From positions 640,001 through 704,000 of the forward strand of contig OY775910.1 of NCBI GenBank assembly GCA_963675245.1: a stretch of DNA of 64,000 bases, read 5' to 3'. This document shows positions 20,763 through 28,944 of the stretch, one piece after another. Numbering within the stretch: position 1 is the stretch's first letter; each line of letters opens with the position of its first letter. The notes under the pieces are model-generated. The model saw only the letters and a program-made list of their open reading frames with translations. It was not told where the DNA came from and searched no databases. Source of the stretch: Acholeplasmataceae bacterium (GTDB lineage Bacteria > Bacillota_I > Bacilli_A > Acholeplasmatales > Acholeplasmataceae). The translations under genes and the position numbers were made by a program.

Positions 20763-21179
20763 ATGCCAACGATTTTCGAAAAGATAATCGCTCGAGAAAT
20801 TCCCGCTCATATCGTCTATGAAGATGACTTAGCTATCGCCTTCTTGGATATATCCCAGGCGACTAAAGGTCATACGTTGATTGTCCCTAAATCGGCCTAT
20901 CCAAATCTTTATGAAATGCCGGATGCTTTGGCTGGTCATATCATGGGAGTGGCTATCAAAGTCGCAAACGCTATTAAACGTGCATTCGAGCCAGAAGGCT
21001 TAAATCTTTTAAGTAATACTGGGACCATTGCCGGTCAATCCGTCTTTCACTTTCACATTCATCTTATCCCAAGATATGAAAAAGATGACATTGGCTTATC
21101 TTTCACATTTCATCAAGATGAATTAACCGTGGAAGATTATAAAGAAAGAGCCGAACGCATTAGAGCGGCTCTATCGTAA
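20763..21179 (+). CDS. HIT-family protein
   Basis: IFEKII, GHTLIVPK, GQSVFHFHIHLIPR. Confidence 0.93.
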   Translation: MPTIFEKIIAREIPAHIVYEDDLAIAFLDISQATKGHTLIVPKSAYPNLYEMPDALAGHIMGVAIKVANAIKRAFEPEGLNLLSNTGTIAGQSVFHFHIHLIPRYEKDDIGLSFTFHQDELTVEDYKERAERIRAALS

Positions 21180-22461
21180 ATTGAACACCTTGATCAACAT
21201 TTTCAACAATTAAACTTAAATTGAAATGTTGTGCAGTTTTTTGAACGATACTCATACCGAGGCCAAACTGCCCTTTGTTTCCTTTTTCATAAGGTTTAAA
21301 TCTAGTATTAACAAATTTATCACTAATTGGCTCACCATCATTAAAGAAGGTGAGTTTTTTGTTGTTTAACGTGATTTTAATCGTAGTTTTTGCATAACGT
21401 AATGCATTCTCAACGATATTGCTAAACATGGTATAGAAATTATCTCTTACGCCAAAGTACGTTGAGTCATCTAGTTCAGTAACAAAGTTTAAATCAGTTC
21501 TAAATTTTTGATTATCAACAATGTTCATAATAATATCTTTAATTGGTATAACTTCAAATTCAGATGGATCTTTCATGTACTCTAACTTATTAAACTCTAA
21601 TAATTGTTTTACTTTTTGATTAAGTACATCTACTTGTTGAATAATTACTTCTGCTTCTTTAGGATCTGATATGCCATCAGAAATCGCTTCAGCATATGAT
21701 TGTATCACTGAAATAGGCGTCTTAAAGTCGTGTGATACATTTTGAAGCATTTCTCGTTTAATGTTATCGCTGACTTCTATTTCCTGTCTCATTCTTTCAA
21801 TCGCTCGAGACAGATCAGTTATTTCATCTCTTCCCTCTATTTCAATTGGAATCGCATAATCGTTTTCGCCTAATTTTCCGACTTCTGTTTCTAACAATTT
21901 AATGCGGTCAACCGTTGATCTTGACCAAATTAGGATAATAATGTTGCCAATCAAAATAATAGAAATAAAACTGATTTGAATGAGCGTAGTAAATTCATTT
22001 GGAATATCTTCTAAATAATCATCATCGGTGTATGCGATATAAACGATATTTTGTGCTTCATCTCTTTCGATAATGAAATAGAAGGTGTCTCCTTCATAAT
22101 CCAACTGTGTTACATATGATTCATCATTACGACTACTAATGTTAACTTGTCCACTCCAATGGACTAAATAGTAATTATAAAGTGATGTGTAAGAAGGGAA
22201 TCTTCCAGTAATAATATTGTAGTTGGTCGATAATGGTAATTGGATGAGTCCGTTTCTATAAATCGCGTATCCATTATATTCACTATCAGGTTTATTTGGC
22301 ACTTTGATCTGCTCAAAATAAATGTTTAGTTGGTCGATATTTTGTTGTTCTCTCGCGCTACTAACAACACTTGAGAGCGTAATAAAAAAGACGAGACCAG
22401 TTATCACGGTCACTATTGTAAAAATGACATTAATTTGTGTAACAAGTTTCATCTTTCTCAT
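21160..22461 (-). CDS. cssS: HAMP sensor histidine kinase, CssS-like
   Basis: 2 TM, HAMP, QNVSHDFKTP, ENALRYA, KGQFGLGMSIV; resembles B. subtilis CssS. Confidence 0.8.
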   Translation of the reverse strand: MRKMKLVTQINVIFTIVTVITGLVFFITLSSVVSSAREQQNIDQLNIYFEQIKVPNKPDSEYNGYAIYRNGLIQLPLSTNYNIITGRFPSYTSLYNYYLVHWSGQVNISSRNDESYVTQLDYEGDTFYFIIERDEAQNIVYIAYTDDDYLEDIPNEFTTLIQISFISIILIGNIIILIWSRSTVDRIKLLETEVGKLGENDYAIPIEIEGRDEITDLSRAIERMRQEIEVSDNIKREMLQNVSHDFKTPISVIQSYAEAISDGISDPKEAEVIIQQVDVLNQKVKQLLEFNKLEYMKDPSEFEVIPIKDIIMNIVDNQKFRTDLNFVTELDDSTYFGVRDNFYTMFSNIVENALRYAKTTIKITLNNKKLTFFNDGEPISDKFVNTRFKPYEKGNKGQFGLGMSIVQKTAQHFNLSLIVENVDQGVQFTIEPL

Positions 22462-23114
22462 AGTAGACGATAGCCATACCCATAGATTGTTTCAATTTTT
22501 AATAGTGGCATCTTGTGACGTAATCTTCTAAGCAAGTCATCAACGACACGATCACTACCATAATAATTATCGCCCCAAACATGTTTTAATATTTCTTCAC
22601 GTTCAAAAGCTGTGTTTGGATTTTTTAAGAAAAATAATAGTAATTCAAATTCTTTATTGGTTAATTCAATCATATCACCTTGGAATTTAATTTCTCGTTT
22701 TGTCAAATTAATATCATATTCGTTGTATTGCATTGACTCGCTTGTTTGTGTGTGTGATTGGCGACGAAGTATTGCTTTGACACGTAATATCAATTCTTTG
22801 GGTGAATAAGGTTTTGCAAGATAATCATCACTACCCAATTCTAAACCAATGATTTTATCTAAATCTTGATCACGTGCAGAGGTGAACATTGTGGCTACTT
22901 CTGGATTATGCTCTTTAATCTCTTTTATTAAATCATAACCGTTAATGTCTCCTTCAAGCATAATATCTAAAATCCAAAGATCAACAGGATCATCAACATA
23001 CTTGATAGCCGTTTCCCCATCAGTAAAAACCCGTACCTCAAATCCTTCACGGACGAGGTACTTCCTAATAATTTCTGATAAGTTTTTTTCGTCTTCAACA
23101 TAATATATACGCAT
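22458..23114 (-). CDS. cssR: OmpR-family response regulator, CssR-like
   Basis: YYVEDE.NL, LWILDIML, SARD.D.D..GLELGS.DY..KP, SDRVVDDL.RRLR, ETIYGYGYR. Confidence 0.8.
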   Translation of the reverse strand: MRIYYVEDEKNLSEIIRKYLVREGFEVRVFTDGETAIKYVDDPVDLWILDIMLEGDINGYDLIKEIKEHNPEVATMFTSARDQDLDKIIGLELGSDDYLAKPYSPKELILRVKAILRRQSHTQTSESMQYNEYDINLTKREIKFQGDMIELTNKEFELLLFFLKNPNTAFEREEILKHVWGDNYYGSDRVVDDLLRRLRHKMPLLKIETIYGYGYRLL

Positions 23115-23134
23115 GATAAAGCCCCCTTTAATAA

Positions 23135-23164
23135 GGAAAATAAGCGTGCTTTCACACGCTTATT
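23135..23164 (-). terminator. Hairpin/terminator between serS and cssR
   Basis: Perfect 10-bp stem AATAAGCGTG(23139-48)/CACGCTTATT(23155-64). Confidence 0.6.
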
Positions 23165-23207
23165 ATAACATAGGAGTATCTAAACAGGAGAAAAATGAAG
23201 TACTTGT

Positions 23208-23235
23208 AGTATAGCAAAACACTATGTGATGTCAA
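23208..23235 (-). promoter_or_regulatory. Sigma-A-like promoter downstream of serS
   Basis: TTGACA (23230-35), 16 nt, TATACT (23208-13) with TG extension. Confidence 0.55.
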
Positions 23236-23258
23236 TGTTTTTTTGATGTGAAATTATG

Positions 23259-24536
23259 TTATTGAATGACATCAACCTTCATATAAGGCACAAGTGCTTC
23301 TGGCACAGTAATGCTGCCATCTTCATTTTGATAGTTCTCGATAATGGCTATCATCGTACGACCAACAGCTAAACCAGAGCCATTTAATGTGTGAACATAT
23401 TCTGTTTTCGCGTCTTTTGTTCGTTTAAAACGAATATTTGCACGACGTGCTTGAAAATCTTCATCATTTGAAATAGACCCGATTTCACGATATTTATCCT
23501 GCCCTGGTAACCATACTTCAATATCATATGTTTTAGTTGCACCAAATCCGAGGTCGCCCGTTGATAAAGAAACCACACGATATGGTAATCTTAAGCGTTG
23601 AAGAACTGTTTCAGAATCAATCAGCATTTTTTCTAGTTCATCATATGATTCTTCTGGTTTCGTGAATTTGATTAATTCAACCTTATGAAATTGATGTTGT
23701 CTTAAAATACCTCTTGTGTCTCGACCTGCAGATCCCGCTTCAGAACGAAACGCCGTTGTATATGCGCAGTATTTAATGGGTAGTTCCTCGCCTGTCAGAA
23801 TTTCATTGCGATATAAGTTAATCGTAGGCACTTCAGCTGTCGGATTTAAATAGTAGTCTGAATCTTCTAAATCTAACTTAAAAGCATCCTCTTTAAATTT
23901 AGGGAATTGTCCGGTTGCATACATGGATTCACCATTCACAATATATGGTGGGATAATTTCAGTATATCCTTCGTCTATCGCGTGTTGGTCCATCATGAAC
24001 TGTATAAGTGCTCTTTCAAGTCTAGCACCTAATCCTTTATCAACAACAAATCTAGTGCCCGTCACTTTAGCGGCTCTTTCAAAATCAAGAATGCCTAATT
24101 TTTCAGAAAGTTCAACATGATCTTTTACTGGAAAATCAAATTGTCGTGGTTCTCCCCATTTTTTGACTTCAACATTGTCATTTTCATCTTTACCAATTGG
24201 TGTATCTTCATGAGGGATGTTTGGGACTTCTGCCATAATGGTTTGAATCTTAAGCTCAACGTCTTTTAATTCGTTGTCCAATACTTTAATAGCATCTCCA
24301 ATATCAGCCACTTCAATAAGTACTTCAGAAGCATCTTTCTTTTCTCTTTTTAATTGTCCAATCTTTTTTGAAGCTTCGTTGCGGTATGCCTTTTTCGCTT
24401 CAACATCCATGATAATAACACGTCTTTTTTCGGCTAGTTCAACAAGCTCGTTCAAATAACTGAAATCCGCATTTCTTGTCGATAGTTTTTTAATTACCAC
24501 TTCAATATTATCAATCACATACTTTAGGTCCAGCAT
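23259..24536 (-). CDS. serS: Serine--tRNA ligase
   Basis: [35 protein letters not shown]; start ATG 24536 after AAGGAGG. Confidence 0.97.
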   Translation of the reverse strand: MLDLKYVIDNIEVVIKKLSTRNADFSYLNELVELAEKRRVIIMDVEAKKAYRNEASKKIGQLKREKKDASEVLIEVADIGDAIKVLDNELKDVELKIQTIMAEVPNIPHEDTPIGKDENDNVEVKKWGEPRQFDFPVKDHVELSEKLGILDFERAAKVTGTRFVVDKGLGARLERALIQFMMDQHAIDEGYTEIIPPYIVNGESMYATGQFPKFKEDAFKLDLEDSDYYLNPTAEVPTINLYRNEILTGEELPIKYCAYTTAFRSEAGSAGRDTRGILRQHQFHKVELIKFTKPEESYDELEKMLIDSETVLQRLRLPYRVVSLSTGDLGFGATKTYDIEVWLPGQDKYREIGSISNDEDFQARRANIRFKRTKDAKTEYVHTLNGSGLAVGRTMIAIIENYQNEDGSITVPEALVPYMKVDVIQ

Positions 24537-24554
24537 TATTATTTCCTCCTTTAA

Positions 24555-24762
24555 AAAGAAAACGCCCTTAGACAAATGCTAAGGACGATTATTCGCGGTA
24601 CCACCTTAGTTCTAGATTAACTCTAGCCCTCAAATCCTTTAACGCAGGTAAACGGGCGTGATTAGCGCCACTCCGGAGTAGATTCATCAATATCAACCTA
24701 ACGCTTTCACCAACCGCGTTTTCTCTAGACGTCATCAATTGATTATGGTCTCCATCTCGTGT
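24555..24762 (-). ncRNA. T-box riboswitch, Ser (UCU specifier)
   Basis: Minus strand: AG-box AGAGA, GGTGAAAG, specifier GAA-TCT-A (24680-82), T-box AAGGTGGTACCGCG (24594-607), terminator CGTCCTTAG/CTAAGGGCG-TTTT; promoter TTTACT-17-TATAAT upstream. Confidence 0.93.
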
Positions 24763-24809
24763 TACTTATATTATAAATTTAAATATCTGAAAAGTAAAGA
24801 TTTAATCTG

Positions 24810-25673
24810 TTAAACTTTTTTCTTTAATCTTTCTAAAATATCTTCTCTTAATTCATCATTTTGTAAAGCAAAATCAACAATCGCTTCGATGTAATCTACT
24901 TTGTTTCCAACATCGTATCTTTTCGCATCTAAATCAAGAGAATAGACATCTTCTTTATCCATCATTCTTAAGATTGCATCTGTGAGTTGGATTTCGTTGC
25001 CTTTTCCTTTTTGTTGATCCTTTAAGTATTTAAAAATCTTTGGCGATAAGATGTAACGTCCACCGATTGCACTTCTAGATGGTGCATCTTCTGGGTTTGG
25101 TTTCTCAACCACACTTTGAAGTGCTTTTAATCTGCCCGTTTCACCTTCTTTAGGTGCTGTTATACCATATAGGTTTGTATGTTCTTTCGCCACTTCCATT
25201 GTACCAAGAATTGAAGCTTGAACTTTTTCATATTCATCCATCATTTGCTTGATTGCTGGATATTCATGATTAACATACATATCATCGCCCAACAATACAG
25301 CAAATGGTTCATCACCGACGAATGTAGCAGCCTGTAAAACAGCGTGCCCTAAACCTAATTGTTCTCTTTGTCTTACGAAGTGAATATTAGCACCTTCTCC
25401 TAAATGTCTGACAAGACCATATTCATAGTCTTTCCCTCTTGATTTAAGAATAGTTTCTAATTCTAAATTACGATCGAAGTAATCAACGATGGCGTTTTTG
25501 TTTCCGGATACAATTAGAATAATATCTGTAATGCCACTTTCAATCGCTTCTTCAACAATAAACTCTATGGTTGGTCTGTCTATTATGGGTAACATTTCTT
25601 TGGGTAGCGATTTCGTAATAGGCAAAAATCTAGTGCCGTATCCTGCTGCAGGAATGACTGCTTTTTTAATCAT
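24810..25673 (-). CDS. galU: UTP--glucose-1-phosphate uridylyltransferase
   Basis: PAAGYGTRFLP.TK..PKEMLP, LGLGHA, LGDD, VEKP, EIQLTDA. Confidence 0.95.
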   Translation of the reverse strand: MIKKAVIPAAGYGTRFLPITKSLPKEMLPIIDRPTIEFIVEEAIESGITDIILIVSGNKNAIVDYFDRNLELETILKSRGKDYEYGLVRHLGEGANIHFVRQREQLGLGHAVLQAATFVGDEPFAVLLGDDMYVNHEYPAIKQMMDEYEKVQASILGTMEVAKEHTNLYGITAPKEGETGRLKALQSVVEKPNPEDAPSRSAIGGRYILSPKIFKYLKDQQKGKGNEIQLTDAILRMMDKEDVYSLDLDAKRYDVGNKVDYIEAIVDFALQNDELREDILERLKKKV

Positions 25674-26557
25674 GATAATTCCTCCGTTTTTTCTTGTTTT
25701 CTAGTTGAAATATAATATGTTAGCACAAGCCCTGATATGAATAGAACAGCAGCGATAACATATGTATACCATTGTTGCCCCAAAATGCTTGTGTTTAAAT
25801 CTCTATTTAATGTGACGATTATATTTATGGGTGATACAATCACAATACCTAAAACCGCAACATAAAAATGTGTTTTATATTGATGGAATAGAAAATGCAT
25901 CACTTTACCCATACCAATCAATCCAATAAGTGTTCCTAATATTAATAATAACAAAACTGGTAGTTGGCTAGCAAATAGTGCAAAATCCATGGTAGCGATA
26001 GCAACTCCTACATTTGAAATAATATCTAACAACAAATGAAAAAAACCAAACGCCAATAACATGGTTGATCCACTTAATCCAGGAATGATAAGTGCGATAG
26101 CATAAATCACACCAATTAATACCACGATGACGTGATATAACCACGATGTTGGTGAAACATGTGATTCAGTTAAAAAGATAATACCTACCATCGCAACAAT
26201 CGCTAAGACGAACACAAGTATGTGATGCCACGCGATATGTACTTCTTTAACTTCTTTTAATAGAATAGGGATTGCTCCAAAAATAAATCCAATAAATAAG
26301 AACGTCATAGGGATTGGTGCATAATCAAAAAAATAATTAATGAATACAAAACCGATGAGCAACCCTACAATGACACCCACGATATATTGCCATACACTTT
26401 GGATTGCTTTAATTGGATGTCGTGTCACATCATTTAGTGCATCAATTAAATTTTGATATATTTTCAAGATGGCTGCTACCATGCTTCCACTAATCCCTGG
26501 AAGAATACTACCAATACCAACTAGGCTTCCTTTTATGACCTTTATAAGGTGTTGCAT
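25670..26557 (-). CDS. DUF368-family membrane protein (putative undecaprenyl-phosphate translocase)
   Basis: Two re-entrant motifs LPGISGS and IPGLSGS in a polytopic membrane protein. Confidence 0.85.
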   Translation of the reverse strand: MQHLIKVIKGSLVGIGSILPGISGSMVAAILKIYQNLIDALNDVTRHPIKAIQSVWQYIVGVIVGLLIGFVFINYFFDYAPIPMTFLFIGFIFGAIPILLKEVKEVHIAWHHILVFVLAIVAMVGIIFLTESHVSPTSWLYHVIVVLIGVIYAIALIIPGLSGSTMLLAFGFFHLLLDIISNVGVAIATMDFALFASQLPVLLLLILGTLIGLIGMGKVMHFLFHQYKTHFYVAVLGIVIVSPINIIVTLNRDLNTSILGQQWYTYVIAAVLFISGLVLTYYISTRKQEKTEELS

Positions 26558-26642
26558 ATAGTCTCCTTGATGTTTCGTTTCTTTGCTCCTATTTTAACAT
26601 ATTTTTAGTCATATCATATGCTATAATATGAGTGGTGATGAT

Positions 26643-27458
26643 ATGCCTCAACTAATTGAAATAATAAAATATATTGTTTTAGGGATCATTCAAGGTATCA
26701 CAGAAATATTCCCTGTATCTAGTAGTGGACACTTAACGTTGTTTAGTAATATCTTCGGTATGAACTTAGACAACTTAACTGTTTTTTTAATGATTACAAA
26801 TACCGGAAGTTTCCTAGCGCTTTTCATTTATTTTTGGAAAGATATTGTTCAACTCATTAAAGGTACTTGGTTATATTTGATTAAACATCAAGAAACAAGC
26901 AAACAAGATTTTCAATATGTTGTTAAATTAATCATCGCTGTGATTCCAATTGGTCTATTAGGATTTTTCATAAAAGATTACTTACCAAACGATTTATTAT
27001 CTACTGGACTTGCATTACTCATTACCGGTGGACTACTCTACTATGTTTATCGTGTAAAAGACATTCAATGGCGTCAAGAAATTTCTTGGAAAAACGCCTT
27101 AATTATCGGAGCATTTCAGATGATTGCAGTCTTCCCGGGAATTTCAAGAAGTGGTATTACAATGTCGGGTGGTTTGGTTCAAAAAATCGATCTAAAAAAA
27201 GTGCTTCGTTTCACGTTTTTGAGTTATATAATGGTGTCTGTTCCGGTGATGATTTTGGGATTCTATGAAGCAGCAAACGCTTCTGAGTCAATCAACACGA
27301 TTGGATATGGGTTAGCCTTTATTATGAGTTTTATATTTAGTTTTATTTCTGTTCATGTACTCTATAAATTTGTACATGTTAAAAACCTCGTTTATTTTGC
27401 GGGTTACTGTTTCGTTGTAGGTGTGCTATCTATTGTTTTATACTTCACTGTTTTCTAA
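26643..27458 (+). CDS. uppP: Undecaprenyl-diphosphate phosphatase
   Basis: LGIIQGITEIFPVSSSGH and PGISRSG.T motifs; start ATG 26643 because TGCTATAAT at 26619-27 abuts the earlier ATG. Confidence 0.92.
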   Translation: MPQLIEIIKYIVLGIIQGITEIFPVSSSGHLTLFSNIFGMNLDNLTVFLMITNTGSFLALFIYFWKDIVQLIKGTWLYLIKHQETSKQDFQYVVKLIIAVIPIGLLGFFIKDYLPNDLLSTGLALLITGGLLYYVYRVKDIQWRQEISWKNALIIGAFQMIAVFPGISRSGITMSGGLVQKIDLKKVLRFTFLSYIMVSVPVMILGFYEAANASESINTIGYGLAFIMSFIFSFISVHVLYKFVHVKNLVYFAGYCFVVGVLSIVLYFTVF

Positions 27459-27475
27459 AATATTCTTTTTCAAAT

Positions 27476-27514
27476 AACACTTCATGATGCAAATTATCGT
27501 GAGGTGTTTTTTTT
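27476..27514 (+). terminator. Terminator after uppP
   Basis: AACACTTCATGAT/ATCGTGAGGTGTT stem (with G-U pairs) ending in a T8 run. Confidence 0.75.
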
Positions 27515-28116
27515 ATGAAAATCATTTACAGAAAGTCTTACACGTTTATCTTTAATAATTATTGAAATTTTTATGACCAAATAAGCCTTGTAAATGATTG
27601 TGTTAGGTTATCTTTAAATTGTGTGATCTACATAGTCTTTCTGTCTGCATAAAATCAGAACTTTTACATCTTTCAAAAATAATTGATTCATACTTTTTTA
27701 CACACAAAAATGAAAGAGCATTTTTTAAAAATTATTTTATCAACCTCTGTTAAGGTGTCTTAGAGCGGTATTGAAGTGATATATACAAAAATACCGTATA
27801 ATCTCTTTATAGCGACAATTACAGCACGTCACTATAACAGTCAATCGTTCATAGTGTCTTGTGTTGAAAAACAAAAGCTTCGAAAATAGTGTCTATAAAA
27901 ACTTGAAAGACCAATTGGACGTTTCTCAAAAAAATTCTTTTGAAAAACCTAAAATTGATCTATTTTTTGTAGTATCGTATGTTATTTATATGATATTCCC
28001 TTAACTGGGCGATTATCACCATATAAATTTCACTTTCTTTATACAATTATATCTTTGTGTTGTAATTGATGTTATTTGTTGTTTTACATCACTTTATACC
28101 ATTGTTTTCGGTAATT

Positions 28117-28926
28117 CTAGTGAATTACCATCATTAAAGATTCACAATATAATTCATATCCTATTTTCATATAGATGCTATTGGATGTTGGATTAGATGC
28201 GTCTGTGTAAAGTGTTGCATATCGTTTATTTTCTAGAATCTTTGATGTTACTTCTGAAACAAGTTTTGTTGCGAAACCTTTAGCTCTATGTGAAGTAGGT
28301 GTGTACACCATAGCTACTGTTTGACTGTTTTTAGTCTCTCTGGTTTTCGCTGTCATCGATACGATTTCACCTTCGTTTTCCATCACGAACAAGTTCTGAT
28401 TTTCAATCGCATGCAATAACGATCTTTTAATCTTATCATCCGATGTTGGTCCTTCTAAAGTAGTGATGAAATCTTTATACCATGTAAATAAAATATCAAT
28501 ATCTTTTCTAGCGGCTAATCGTATGTTATTCTCTGAGTTTAAATTGCTTTTTGCTCTTTCACACTTATAGATTTTTTGATTCATTTCAATACTCATTTTT
28601 CTTTGTGTATTTTTTTCAAATACTCGTTGATATGTAAGACATGCCAAGCGTTCACCAATGATGCCTGGGTATGCTATTTTCTCCATATGTTTAACCAAAT
28701 CCACATACACATCTTCGTCTAAAGTGTTCGCTGTTATAATCATTTTTCTTCCCATGATAACACCCAATAATATGTGATCACCAATAACGGAAGACACAAA
28801 ATAAGCGTCCTTATCAATGGCTTTTTTTGCAATCCCAATTATTAAATTATTTTTGATATCATCCATTTCAAGAAATGTTAGATACTCATTTAAAAACATG
28901 TTGTTGTCTTTATATTCTTTGATCAT
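28117..28926 (-). CDS. GNAT-family acetyltransferase (C-terminal FR47-like domain)
   Basis: VYTP..HRAKGFA, LYTDASNPTSNSIY.KIGY. Confidence 0.85.
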   Translation of the reverse strand: MIKEYKDNNMFLNEYLTFLEMDDIKNNLIIGIAKKAIDKDAYFVSSVIGDHILLGVIMGRKMIITANTLDEDVYVDLVKHMEKIAYPGIIGERLACLTYQRVFEKNTQRKMSIEMNQKIYKCERAKSNLNSENNIRLAARKDIDILFTWYKDFITTLEGPTSDDKIKRSLLHAIENQNLFVMENEGEIVSMTAKTRETKNSQTVAMVYTPTSHRAKGFATKLVSEVTSKILENKRYATLYTDASNPTSNSIYMKIGYELYCESLMMVIH

Positions 28927-28944
28927 GTTACTTTCCTCTTGTCG

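Noticed and set aside
23195..23209. Plus-strand mini-ORF MKYL with an AGGAG SD
   Set aside because: Only four codons and no plus-strand promoter evident
28110..28129. GGTAATTC/GAATTACC hairpin at the GNAT stop
   Set aside because: No U-tract in the transcribed direction; not called a terminator
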